A stretch of 64,000 nucleotides of DNA from an uncultured bacterium (GCA_963777505.1 CAVZQN010000001.1:32001-96000); one strand, 5' to 3'. Numbered from the stretch's first letter, positions 10,082-19,940 are shown. The notes: generated by a model not told the origin, from the letters alone. Numbers and translations are program-made.

Positions 10082-10694
10082 CCCAATTTCAAGCCGTTTG
10101 CTTGATGCGAGATTATCAAAGTGGGGTTATGAGGTTGTCAAGACTTCGAATGGCCGTGAGGCGTACGAGCAACTGAGTGCGAAGAATGCACCTCGGATCG
10201 CGATTCTGGATTGGATGATGCCGGAGATGGATGGCGTTGAAGTATGCAAACTCATTCGGTCTCAGACAGGTAAAGAAACGATTTATATTCTTTTGCTTAC
10301 TGCTAAATCGACGAAGGAAGATATTGTTGAGGGCCTGATTGCAGGAGCAGATGATTATCTTTTGAAACCATTTCATGATGAAGAATTGCGAGCACGGCTT
10401 CAGACAGGAGTCCGAATTACCCGGTTGCAATCAGATCTTGCTGCAAGAGTCATTCAACTTGAGGAAGCATTATCAAAGGTGAAACAATTGCAAGGATTGC
10501 TTCCGATCTGTTCGTATTGCAAAAAAATCCGTGATGATCACAATTACTGGCAGGGTGTGGAATCTTACATTGCTGAACACACACAGGCTGAATTTACACA
10601 TAGTGTCTGCCCTGAATGTTACAAGGATCATCTAGCTCCTGAGTTGGAGCGGATTAAACTGGAAAAAACTCACCCCTCCGGCAAACGCCCTTAA
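10056..10694 (+). CDS. Response regulator (REC plus C-terminal CxxC...CxxC zinc-ribbon tail)
   Basis: AEDD, LDWMMP, KPF; tail PICSYCKKIR...THSVCPEC. Confidence 0.9.
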   Translation: MKVLIAEDDPISSRLLDARLSKWGYEVVKTSNGREAYEQLSAKNAPRIAILDWMMPEMDGVEVCKLIRSQTGKETIYILLLTAKSTKEDIVEGLIAGADDYLLKPFHDEELRARLQTGVRITRLQSDLAARVIQLEEALSKVKQLQGLLPICSYCKKIRDDHNYWQGVESYIAEHTQAEFTHSVCPECYKDHLAPELERIKLEKTHPSGKRP

Positions 10695-10695
10695 C

Positions 10696-10786
10696 TTCCC
10701 CTCTTCTCCCTGCTCCTCCGCACCTCCGCACTGCCGCGTAGCTACAAGTTCCCTTCCCTTCTCCCTTTCTCCCCTGCTCCCCTGCT
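10696..10786. repeat. Polypyrimidine 8-mer-periodic array (CTCCCCTG-like)
   Basis: cccctctt ctccctg ctcctccg cacctccg ... ctcccctg ctcccctg; a related complement occurs at 51606-51632. Confidence 0.6.
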
Positions 10787-10848
10787 TTTGATCTTCGCCG
10801 CAATTTTGTAATTCCCACGAAACCTCGCACTCCCACAATCCGTGATAT

Positions 10849-13668
10849 ATGATATTCCCTATGACTTTCTGGTCACAATTTCACGGTCCGAATGCTGCCT
10901 ATGTGCGGGAATTGTATGAGAGATATCTGGCTGACCCGCAATCGGTCGACAATGCGACGAAAGAATTGTTCGAAAAAATTCCGGCACCGCCTGAAGAATC
11001 GATAGCATTTGCTGAGGCAGGGACATCAGATCTAAACAAAATTGTTGGTACAGTCAACCTTGCGCAGGCAATTCGCGAACATGGACATCTTGCGGCACAA
11101 TTGGATCCTCTCGGCAATGCGCCCAAAGGAGATCCTGCTCTTGAGCTTGAGACTTATGGTTTAACCGAACAGGATCTCGAAGCTCTTCCAGCAAGTTTAG
11201 TAGGTGGCCCGATTGCAGAAGGCGCAGCCAATGCATTGGAAGCCATTCGATCTTTACGAAAAGTTTATTCTTCCAGGACAGGTTACGATTACGATCATGT
11301 ACGGAATCCAGAAGAACGTTACTGGCTCCGTGACGCGGCGGAATCAGGCCGTTTCACTTTTGCAGCTGATCCTACGGATCCAGTTCAGTTATTGAAGCGG
11401 CTGACGGAAGTAGAAACATTCGAACGTTTCTTGCATCGTATCTTTCCGGGCAAAACGCGTTTTTCACTTGAAGGTCTGGATATGATGATTCCGATCATGG
11501 ATGAAGTTGTTGCTTCAGCCGCCGAATTTAACATCCGCAATATTTTGATAGGCATGGCACATCGCGGCAGATTAAATGTTCTTGCGCATATTCTGAATAA
11601 ACCCTACAAGCAAATTCTTGCAGAATTCAAAGACCCGGTTCAAGCGCGAAATTTCCGGGATGATTTAGGTTGGACCGGTGATGTGAAATACCATGCAGGC
11701 GCGCGCAGAGCAAAACAAGAAGGAGAAGCAATCGATCTTGTGATTGCGATTGCACCGAATCCAAGCCATTTGGAAGCAGTGAATCCTGTAGTGGAAGGAA
11801 TGGCGCGCGCGACCGGAACGTTATGCGATCAACAAGGGCCGCCCAAGTTCAATCATTCCGTTACCTTACCAATTTTGATTCATGGTGATGCAGCATTTCC
11901 CGGACAAGGAGTCGTTGCAGAAACATTAAACCTGTCGCGCATTCCTGGTTATCGCACTGGAGGGACTGTTCACATCATTGCAAATAATCAGCTGGGTTAC
12001 ACAACGCCTCCTGAAGCTGCACGAAGTACTTTATATGCCAGTGATATGGCGAAAGGTTTTGAAATTCCGATCGTTCATGTGAATGCAGATGATCCTGAAG
12101 CTGCAATTGAAGCAGCTCGTCTTGCATTTGCCTACCGCGCAAAATTTCAAAAGGATTTCTTGATCGATCTGATCGGTTATCGCAGATATGGCCACAATGA
12201 AGGCGACGAACCTGCATTCACGCAGCCATTGATGTACAAAAAGATCGAAGCCCATCCAACGGTTCGCGAACTCTGGGCAAATTCATTAACACAGAATCAG
12301 AGTATTCAACCTCTGGAAGCGGAGGAATTGGTCCGGGCTCAAATGGAAAAACTTCAGCGAGTGTTAGAAGAACTAAAAGCTGAAGAGGATATTCAGATAC
12401 CTCAGTCAGAACCGCCGCCGCCAGGTGCAGCAAAGCGCGTCAAGACTTCAGTTCCGATTGAACGTTTGCGAAAATTAAATGAAGCATTATTGCAACTGCC
12501 GGATGGATTCACGCCTCATCGCAAGCTGCAAAAAGCCATGCAAAAGCGCAGTCATATTCTGGATAATCCGGATGAAGCTACCGTGGAATGGGCCGCAGCA
12601 GAAGAACTTGCATTTGCTTCGGTGCTTGAAGATGGAATATCAATCCGTTTAACAGGACAGGATGTTGAGCGCGGAACATTCAGTCAGCGTCATGCTACTT
12701 TTTACGATGTAAATACAGGCAAGCCCCATACTCCGCTGCAATCGATTCCTCAAGCGAAAGTCGCATTCGAAGTCCGCAACAGCCCTTTATCCGAAGCGGC
12801 TGCAATTGGTTTCGAATATGGATACAACGTCCAGGAACCAGGAAGGCTTGTAGTTTGGGAAGCTCAATATGGTGATTTCATTAATGGCGCGCAAACTCAC
12901 ATTGATGAATTTGTTACTTCGGCACGCGCAAAATGGGGACAAACTCCTTCGCTGGTGCTTTTATTGCCTCATGCATATGAAGGTGCAGGTCCAGATCATT
13001 CCACCGGACGTCTCGAAAGGTTTTTGGAACTTGCAGCGGACACAAATATGCGCATCGCTAATGCAACAACCGCTGCACAATATTTCCATTTACTGCGCCG
13101 TCAGGCTTTATTGCTACAAACAGATCCACTACCGCTTGTAATCATGACTCCAAAGAGTTTACTGCGTCATCCTTTTACAGCATCGATGCCTCGCGAGATT
13201 GCAAAAGGAAGCTGGCAGCCTGTATTAGATGATGACTCTGCTCGTTCCCACGCACAAAAGGTCCGCCGCATTCTTCTAACCAGCGGCAAAATTGCTGTCG
13301 ATTTATTTACGAGCGACGCTTATTCACAGACCGAAGAAATTGCAATCATTCGTGTTGAGCAACTCTATCCATTTCCTTCTGATGTATTAAGGCAAGTCAT
13401 TGATGGCTATCCTGCAACCGAAGAAGTAATTTGGGTTCAAGAGGAACCGGAAAATATGGGAGCATGGAATTTTGCGCGATGGAACCTTCTGGAGATATTG
13501 AATGGACGTTTGCCTCTTTATTATATCGGCCGCAAATTTCTCGCAAGCCCTGCGGAAGGATCTGCTTCGAGGCATGCGCTAAAACAGCAGGAAATTATTC
13601 ACAAAGCACTTACAATACCTAAGATGAAGTTGAGATCAGAAGAGTTAGTTGGAAAAGAACAGAGTTAG
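10849..13668 (+). CDS. sucA: 2-oxoglutarate dehydrogenase E1
   Basis: GMAHRGRLN, NPSHLE, HGDAAFPGQG, GHNEGDEP, WEAQYGDF motifs. Confidence 0.97.
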   Translation: MIFPMTFWSQFHGPNAAYVRELYERYLADPQSVDNATKELFEKIPAPPEESIAFAEAGTSDLNKIVGTVNLAQAIREHGHLAAQLDPLGNAPKGDPALELETYGLTEQDLEALPASLVGGPIAEGAANALEAIRSLRKVYSSRTGYDYDHVRNPEERYWLRDAAESGRFTFAADPTDPVQLLKRLTEVETFERFLHRIFPGKTRFSLEGLDMMIPIMDEVVASAAEFNIRNILIGMAHRGRLNVLAHILNKPYKQILAEFKDPVQARNFRDDLGWTGDVKYHAGARRAKQEGEAIDLVIAIAPNPSHLEAVNPVVEGMARATGTLCDQQGPPKFNHSVTLPILIHGDAAFPGQGVVAETLNLSRIPGYRTGGTVHIIANNQLGYTTPPEAARSTLYASDMAKGFEIPIVHVNADDPEAAIEAARLAFAYRAKFQKDFLIDLIGYRRYGHNEGDEPAFTQPLMYKKIEAHPTVRELWANSLTQNQSIQPLEAEELVRAQMEKLQRVLEELKAEEDIQIPQSEPPPPGAAKRVKTSVPIERLRKLNEALLQLPDGFTPHRKLQKAMQKRSHILDNPDEATVEWAAAEELAFASVLEDGISIRLTGQDVERGTFSQRHATFYDVNTGKPHTPLQSIPQAKVAFEVRNSPLSEAAAIGFEYGYNVQEPGRLVVWEAQYGDFINGAQTHIDEFVTSARAKWGQTPSLVLLLPHAYEGAGPDHSTGRLERFLELAADTNMRIANATTAAQYFHLLRRQALLLQTDPLPLVIMTPKSLLRHPFTASMPREIAKGSWQPVLDDDSARSHAQKVRRILLTSGKIAVDLFTSDAYSQTEEIAIIRVEQLYPFPSDVLRQVIDGYPATEEVIWVQEEPENMGAWNFARWNLLEILNGRLPLYYIGRKFLASPAEGSASRHALKQQEIIHKALTIPKMKLRSEELVGKEQS

Positions 13669-13688
13669 AAGAAGATGAATCGATTGAA

Positions 13689-13767
13689 TAACCACGGAGT
13701 CACTGAGAACACGGAGATAACTAAGAAAAAATATTAAAACTCCGTGCCCTCCGTGACTCCGTGGTTA
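13689..13767. repeat. 9-bp-periodic palindromic element (ACCACGGAG family)
   Basis: TAACCACGGAGTCACTGAGAACACGGAG - AT-rich loop - CTCCGTGCCCTCCGTGACTCCGTGGTTA. Confidence 0.85.
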
Positions 13768-13787
13768 TGAGGATTGATGAGGCGATA

Positions 13788-15011
13788 ATGGAAACCAAGA
13801 TAGTAGTGCCTGCATTAGGTGAATCAGTTGTTGAAGCGACCATTGCACGATGGTTGAAAAAAGAAGGAGATCGAGTTCAACCTGGTGAATCACTTGTTGA
13901 ACTTGAAACGGATAAGGTAAATCTCGAAGTTGGTGCAGAGAAAGCAGGAGTGCTCGCGCGCATCGATAGAAAAGATGGAGATGATGTAAAGGTTGGCGAA
14001 ACTCTCGGTGTTTTAACCGAACTTCCTGCCTCTGCGGACTCTGCGGTAAAGCCCGCTCCCACGGAGTCATCAAGCAGTGTAAAACCTAACCTTCAGCCAC
14101 AACAACCAACAGCGTCCGCAGCAAAACCAAAGGCGACTCCCTCAGCCCGCCGATTTGCGCAAGAAGTTGGCGTCAGTCTTGAAGACATTTCAGGCACTGG
14201 ATCGGGAAATCAGATCACGCGCGAAGATATCCAATCCCACATTCAAAAAGAAAAAGCTCCGGCGACCCCGCAAACTCCACAGATTCAGCAGCCGAAAATC
14301 ATCCGCACAGGCACTCGCGAAGAAGAACGGATTAAGATGTCGCGACGGCGCAGAACGATTGCAAAACGACTCGTTGAAGCGCAACACAATGCCGCAATGC
14401 TTACAACGTATAACGAAATCGATATGTCTGCTGTAATGGAACTTCGCAAACGTCATAAAGAATCATTTCAAAAAAAGCATGGCGTTGGTCTTGGCATTGT
14501 TTCATTTTTCGTTAAGGCATCCATTGGAGCGTTGAAAGAATTTCCGCCAATCAACGCAGAACTGCAGGGCGATGAGGTGATTTTAAAGAAATACTATGAC
14601 ATCGGAATCGCAGTTGGCGCAGAAGAAGGACTTGTTGTTCCGGTGCTCAGGAACGCCGATCAACTTTCGTTTGCAGAGATTGAACAAACGATTAAGGATT
14701 TTATCCAAAAATCCAACGATGGAACTCTTTCATTGGACGATCTTCAGGGCGGCACTTTTACAATTACAAATGGCGGAGTGTTTGGCTCTTTGATGAGTAC
14801 GCCGATCTTAAATCCGCCCCAGGTTGCAATCCTGGGTCTGCACAAAATTGAGGAACGCCCGATTGCTGTAAACGGACAAGTTTTGATCCGTCCGATGATG
14901 TATGTTGCGTTAAGTTACGATCATCGAGTTGTTGACGGCCGTGAATCCGTACAATTTCTCGCGCGAATTAAACAACTTGTTGAAGATCCCGGCGCATTAT
15001 TACTCGAATGA
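13788..15011 (+). CDS. sucB: Dihydrolipoamide succinyltransferase E2
   Basis: Lipoyl motif LETDKV, E3-binding domain, DHRVVDG; likely start at ATG 13788. Confidence 0.96.
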   Translation: METKIVVPALGESVVEATIARWLKKEGDRVQPGESLVELETDKVNLEVGAEKAGVLARIDRKDGDDVKVGETLGVLTELPASADSAVKPAPTESSSSVKPNLQPQQPTASAAKPKATPSARRFAQEVGVSLEDISGTGSGNQITREDIQSHIQKEKAPATPQTPQIQQPKIIRTGTREEERIKMSRRRRTIAKRLVEAQHNAAMLTTYNEIDMSAVMELRKRHKESFQKKHGVGLGIVSFFVKASIGALKEFPPINAELQGDEVILKKYYDIGIAVGAEEGLVVPVLRNADQLSFAEIEQTIKDFIQKSNDGTLSLDDLQGGTFTITNGGVFGSLMSTPILNPPQVAILGLHKIEERPIAVNGQVLIRPMMYVALSYDHRVVDGRESVQFLARIKQLVEDPGALLLE

Positions 15012-15036
15012 AACCTCTGCGTCTTTGCGGTTGTAA

Positions 15037-16134
15037 ATGAAAGCTTGGGTATACAGAAAAGATTCTGTTGATGATCGTGGGTTGCATTTATTTCTTGAAG
15101 ACATTCCAAAGCCTAAGCCTTCAGCCGGTCAGGTTTTAGTTCAGATCAAGAAAGTGTCGGTCTGCGGCACCGACGAATCTCTTTTTAAAGGCGATCTCAA
15201 ACGAGTTCCGGATGGGATCGTTCCTGGTCATGAGTTTTATGGCGAGATTGTAGAACTGGGCAGCGGAGTTGATGGATTAAAAGTCGGGCAAAAAATTGCA
15301 GGCGAATCGCATTATCATGTTCCTGGAACGGATGATCAAGGGATTATTGGACTCTGGGGCCCTGAAATTCACAAAGGCGAAAGCCTACCTGCATTAAACG
15401 GCGCTTATGCGGAATACTTAACAATCCCCGCTGAATGCGCGTACCCGGTACCTGATGAATATGTCGGAGATCATTTCTGGCCTTCACTTTTCGAGGCGAT
15501 CGGAAATGATTATTTCCTGATTAAGCATTCAACAAAAGAAAATAATATTGAAAAACTTGGAGTGTTCGGGTGTGGTCCGCACGGATTATTCGCACAAATC
15601 TTTGCAAAACATTTTGGAATAAAGAGAATTGCGGCATTCGAAATCGATGACTTTCGCAGAGACTTTGCGAAACAAATGGAAGCGGCGGATGGAGTTTTTA
15701 ATCCGCTAACGAACCTTCAAGAAACTGTACGTGATTTTACGAATGGAAATCTTTTTGATGCAACACTGGACATGGTTGGAAAACAAGGACAGGGATTTCA
15801 ATCGTGTTGCGATACAACGCGCGATGGCGGCACTGTTTATCTTTTTGGACTTTTTACGGATAAATTTGCGATTGCGGGAATTCAAGGAAACGAAATTATA
15901 TTCAAAATGAAAACGCTCGATTATGAGTATCAAAACAAACGGCTTCGTATCGAAGGAATTACCGGCCGTGAAGGGATCTGGCATGAATTAATCGAAACAG
16001 TTTGCCGCAACAGAGATTTGCAAGATCACTTGATGCGTCCAGTAAAAGTCATGGGCGCCCTCGATCAATTAGGTGACGATAATCGAAATCCAAAACCAGG
16101 CATCATGAAGCGTGCCTATTATCCATTTGCTTAG
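15037..16134 (+). CDS. Zn-dependent MDR dehydrogenase, L-threonine 3-dehydrogenase-like
   Basis: CGTD, GHEFYG, GCGPHG motifs; directly upstream of kbl; lacks the structural-Zn Cys4 loop. Confidence 0.75.
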   Translation: MKAWVYRKDSVDDRGLHLFLEDIPKPKPSAGQVLVQIKKVSVCGTDESLFKGDLKRVPDGIVPGHEFYGEIVELGSGVDGLKVGQKIAGESHYHVPGTDDQGIIGLWGPEIHKGESLPALNGAYAEYLTIPAECAYPVPDEYVGDHFWPSLFEAIGNDYFLIKHSTKENNIEKLGVFGCGPHGLFAQIFAKHFGIKRIAAFEIDDFRRDFAKQMEAADGVFNPLTNLQETVRDFTNGNLFDATLDMVGKQGQGFQSCCDTTRDGGTVYLFGLFTDKFAIAGIQGNEIIFKMKTLDYEYQNKRLRIEGITGREGIWHELIETVCRNRDLQDHLMRPVKVMGALDQLGDDNRNPKPGIMKRAYYPFA

Positions 16135-16152
16135 CGCCTTTGCGGTGAAATT

Positions 16153-17340
16153 ATGTACGGAAAATTCAAAGAGCATCTAGAAAAAGAACTTGCGGGCATT
16201 CAAGAATCGGGAATGTTCAAAGAAGAACGTGTGATCAAATCTCCGCAGGGTTCAGGAATTCAGACCACAGCAGGTCCGAGTGTAAATTTTTGTGCAAACA
16301 ACTATCTTGGGCTTGCCAATCATCCTGAAATTGTTGAAGCCGCATCAAAAGGACTGCATGAACGCGGATTTGGAATGGCTTCGGTCCGGTTTATTTGCGG
16401 AACTCAGGACATCCACAAAGAACTTGAGAAAAAAATATCCGACTTTCTCGGAACTGACGATACCATTTTGTATAGTTCATGTTTTGACGCGAATGGCGGC
16501 CTATTCGAAACGTTACTTGGTCCTGAAGATGTAGTGATCAGCGATGCACTCAATCACGCAAGCATTATTGATGGAGTCCGTCTTTGTAAGGCAGAGAGGA
16601 AAGTATATCCACACGGCGATATGAATGTGTTGGAAGAAAAATTGAAAGAGAGTGCAAAATCGCGTTTCAAGTTAATCATTACGGATGGAGCATTCAGCAT
16701 GCATGGTGATCTTGCTCCGCTGCCTGAGATTTGCAATCTTGCGGATCAATATCAGTCACTTGTCGCAGTGGACGATTCGCATGCGACAGGATTTTTTGGA
16801 CCTACCGGCCGCGGTACACCAGAACATTTTGGAGTTCAGGATCGCGTTGACATCATTACAAGCACGATGGGTAAGACACTAGGTGGAGCCACCGGAGGAT
16901 TCACATCGGGACGCGCGGAAATTATTACAATGCTGCGACAACGGTCGAGGCCTTACCTCTTTTCAAATAGCGTTGCCCCTCCAATTGTATACGGAACAAT
17001 GAAAGCATTTGATCTCATTGAAAGACATCCCGAATACTTGAAGACGTTGCAAGAAAACACACGACACTTCAGAAAAGAAATGACGAATCGCGGTTTTCAA
17101 ATTCGTGAAGGTGTCCATCCGATCGTTCCGATCATGTTGGGAGATGAAAAACGGACTGTGCAAATGGCAAAAGAAATGAATACCCGCGGAATCTTTGTTG
17201 TCGGATTCAGTTTTCCCGTAGTGCCGCGCGGTGAGGCTCGAATCCGGGTTCAGATTTCAGCCTCTCACACAAAAGAACAACTCGATAGAGCTATCGGGAC
17301 ATTTGAAGAGGTCGGAAAACTAGTCGGAGTCATTCAATAA
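16153..17340 (+). CDS. kbl: Glycine C-acetyltransferase (2-amino-3-ketobutyrate CoA ligase)
   Basis: NFCANNYLGL, SVRFICGT, DDSHATG, STMGKTLGG, SRPYLFSN. Confidence 0.95.
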   Translation: MYGKFKEHLEKELAGIQESGMFKEERVIKSPQGSGIQTTAGPSVNFCANNYLGLANHPEIVEAASKGLHERGFGMASVRFICGTQDIHKELEKKISDFLGTDDTILYSSCFDANGGLFETLLGPEDVVISDALNHASIIDGVRLCKAERKVYPHGDMNVLEEKLKESAKSRFKLIITDGAFSMHGDLAPLPEICNLADQYQSLVAVDDSHATGFFGPTGRGTPEHFGVQDRVDIITSTMGKTLGGATGGFTSGRAEIITMLRQRSRPYLFSNSVAPPIVYGTMKAFDLIERHPEYLKTLQENTRHFRKEMTNRGFQIREGVHPIVPIMLGDEKRTVQMAKEMNTRGIFVVGFSFPVVPRGEARIRVQISASHTKEQLDRAIGTFEEVGKLVGVIQ

Positions 17341-17422
17341 GCCGAAATAACAAGACACTTCCGGCGTAAAAATATTCGAAAAGTTTAACAAACGGAACTT
17401 AAGTCTTGACGGCTTAACTAGT

Positions 17423-17683
17423 TTATTTCTTGAACCAATTCGCGTTCTTTTCTATATATTCTGTCCATTTTTCCGGAACATCTTCATTCGGGAATATTGC
17501 TTGAACGGGACAGGCCGGAACACATGCACCGCAGTCAATACATTCATCAGGATGAATATACAGCTGCGTCTCCGCGGCAAATGGTTCCTCGTCCTTGCGG
17601 GGGTGGATACAATCAACCGGACACACATCTACACATGCGGTATCTTTTGTTCCGATGCAAGGTTCAGCGATCGTGTATGCCAT
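17423..17683 (-). CDS. Dicluster (7Fe-type) ferredoxin
   Basis: CIGTKDTACVDVCPVDC and CIDCGACVPACP motifs. Confidence 0.93.
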   Translation of the reverse strand: MAYTIAEPCIGTKDTACVDVCPVDCIHPRKDEEPFAAETQLYIHPDECIDCGACVPACPVQAIFPNEDVPEKWTEYIEKNANWFKK

Positions 17684-17780
17684 GCACTTTCCTCCAATTC
17701 ATTTAAGAACCTAAATATATCGAATCTGCTGCCCGTCGTCAACGGATGTCGATAGCCTCTTCAGCCACCCGCTTTGCAAT

Positions 17781-17906
17781 CTGCTAACATCACTTTTGAA
17801 AAGCAAAACGTAAATCAGGTATGATCGTTTGTGCTGGGAAGAAGCTTAGCAAAGCGTGCGGTCCATCGGCGCATTTCGGCGCGGCTGAATTCGAGCGTTC
17901 AGCAGC
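17781..17906 (+). mobile_element. Degenerate attC-like site
   Basis: Starts CTGCTAAC and ends CGCGGCTGAATTCGAGCGTTCAGCAG (attC-like right arm), 3 nt before an ATG. Confidence 0.45.
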
Positions 17907-17909
17907 AAT

Positions 17910-18235
17910 ATGTTTGAAATAGTTGTTGAGGATATCTTTTCTATAACCGGGGAACTGTCTTTGCGGGTAAGATTCGATCGGGATCGATTTCGATTGGCGA
18001 TCCCGTTCTCTGCAAGACACCATCTACACAAATACAGACTCGAGTTATTGGCCTGGAGAAACTTGGAACACGCAAGCAGATTAGAACTGCCGAAGCCGGC
18101 GCAACTGTTGGCGTTCTTTGCAAATACATCGCGCATGAGTCTTTTAAGGATGCGTTTGAAGGGGAAGGCGAAAACGCTAGATTAGTCGGCGTAACGCTCA
18201 TACTTGGATCAAAGAAAAGTTGGTGGCAATTTTAA
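17910..18235 (+). CDS. Stand-alone EF-Tu domain II-like protein (frameshift near 17950)
   Basis: With the frame corrected after ITG: MFEIVVEDIFSITG-GTVFAGKIRSGSISIGD...RVIGLEK...TAEAGATVGVL...KKSWWQF*. Confidence 0.7.
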
Positions 18236-18363
18236 ATCAGTTGGTCTGTGATCATCTAGGGAAGTTAGGGCAAGAGAATATCCTTGGTTATGAAACATGC
18301 GAAGTGCGAATTCCCGGAACGTTTACATGCGGGAAAGAAGATTGATGCGACTCGGAGGAGATT

Positions 18364-18834
18364 ATGGATACGCAAACGTTGATAGCTACTTTAGAGGCCG
18401 CACCTGGCATTATCATTGGCCTCGTCCGCGAGGTGCCGCCCCAGAACCTCAAGCGCCGCCCTGCGCCGAACAAGTGGTCCGCTCACGAGCATGCCTGCCA
18501 CATATCTATCGGGCAGGACGTATTCCTCTCACGCCTGGAGTTGATGCTCTCTGACCCGCTCCCCCAAATAAAGTCTATGGAACCATCACCGGACGAGGAG
18601 GCCGGCTCACTACTGAGCGTTGATCTGGACGAAGCGCTGGGCCGGTACGTGCGGGAGCGGGCGCTGGTCGTTAAGCGGTTGAAGGAGCTATCCGCAGAGG
18701 ATTGGCAGCGGACGGCCGAGCATGAGGCGTTCAGCCACTACTCGGTGCATATAATGTTCAGGCACCTGCTGATGCATGAGATGCTTCACGCATACAGGAT
18801 AGATGAGCTGATGCTGAAAAAGGATTGGGAGTAA
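18364..18834 (+). CDS. DinB/YfiT family metalloprotein
   Basis: WSAHEHACHI and HEMLH motifs; GGAGG RBS; GC-richer than flanks. Confidence 0.88.
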   Translation: MDTQTLIATLEAAPGIIIGLVREVPPQNLKRRPAPNKWSAHEHACHISIGQDVFLSRLELMLSDPLPQIKSMEPSPDEEAGSLLSVDLDEALGRYVRERALVVKRLKELSAEDWQRTAEHEAFSHYSVHIMFRHLLMHEMLHAYRIDELMLKKDWE

Positions 18835-18876
18835 ACAACTGGCGCATCAATTCACCACGCGGGTATTGGTTAGCAG

Positions 18877-19272
18877 ATGACCGCCGTTGACGCAACGACC
18901 TTCCCAGGCAGAGCCTTACCCTGGCTTCTTCTCCTTTATTGCGGAGCGAGCCTTCTGCACTTCGCACACAACGCCGAATTTATAGCAGACTATCCGAACC
19001 TACCCGCATGGATATCCCGCGCGTCGGTATATTTCTCTTGGTGCGCGATCTCTGCGATTGGTCTTTGTGGCTATTTCCTTTACCGTCGTAGCCGCTCGCC
19101 CTTCGGTCTCTTGCTACTCGCAGTCTACACGACCCTCGGTTTCGACGGGCTCCTTCACTACACCAGAGCCCCGATATCGGCACACACCCTCAGCATGAAT
19201 CTGACGATATGCACGGAAGTTGTGAGCGCCGCACTGGCGTTGGGCGCCGTGTTATGGCTTGTCGCGATATAG
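18877..19272 (+). CDS. Small 4-TM membrane protein with His motifs
   Basis: SLLHFAHNAE and DGLLHY; preceded by GTTAGCAG and followed by CTGCTAcC. Confidence 0.75.
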   Translation: MTAVDATTFPGRALPWLLLLYCGASLLHFAHNAEFIADYPNLPAWISRASVYFSWCAISAIGLCGYFLYRRSRSPFGLLLLAVYTTLGFDGLLHYTRAPISAHTLSMNLTICTEVVSAALALGAVLWLVAI

Positions 19273-19468
19273 ACTGCTACCAGGTTCCAGAGCGAGAAAC
19301 GCATAACGCCAAACTACATCTAACAGCGGAGTAGACGCCCGATGATCAGTAAAACTTTTAATGCTATGATCGTTGGTGCTGCGGAAGGCTAGCATAGCGG
19401 TCACTTTCACTAACACGATTCAGAGTGGCTGAGTTCCATTGTAAAAATCGCGGCAGGATGAACTCAAG

Positions 19469-19873
19469 ATGATGGTTCGTGCAATTATCGTCGGCATAGC
19501 CGGTGCTGCATTGACTGCGCTGATTGGGTGGTCGTCCTTGATTCCTGATCCACTGGCATTTCACACTGTGGCTCTGACTATGATTGGAGCAATCTATATG
19601 GGCTTCGCTTTTGCGGATGGAAGACTCTCAATTGTGATTCTGGAATTGTCAGTTGCTACCGCGTTCATCACGCTTGCCCTGCTTGGTCTCTGGGTGGCTC
19701 CAATGTTTATCGCTGCGGGCCTGGTTCTACATGGCTTCTGGGATCTTGCACATCGACCGAATGGAGTTACAACGAAAATTCCAAAGTGGTATCCTCCATT
19801 TTGCGCAGGTTTTGACTTTGTCTTTGCGGGAGTTTTTCTATACCTCGCAAAGGAACTCGCGGCGCGCACCTAA
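19469..19873 (+). CDS. Membrane protein, DUF6010-like
   Basis: Hydrophobic; HGFWDLAH and WYPPFCAGFD motifs. Confidence 0.75.
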   Translation: MMVRAIIVGIAGAALTALIGWSSLIPDPLAFHTVALTMIGAIYMGFAFADGRLSIVILELSVATAFITLALLGLWVAPMFIAAGLVLHGFWDLAHRPNGVTTKIPKWYPPFCAGFDFVFAGVFLYLAKELAART

Positions 19874-19940
19874 TAATCGCGCCATTCAAAAATTGCCATT
19901 TCTAATTTATTTCAATATCGATATCCCAAGGAGAAAAATT

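Noticed and set aside
10632-10838. Short ORFs over repeat regions (also 46309-46527 and 52468-52837)
   Set aside because: They are translations of periodic or palindromic repeats or antisense shadows, with no RBS or protein-like features.
17790-18201. Minus-strand ORFs as an integron integrase remnant
   Set aside because: No tyrosine recombinase motifs; the plus strand is explained by the EF-Tu domain II-like gene.
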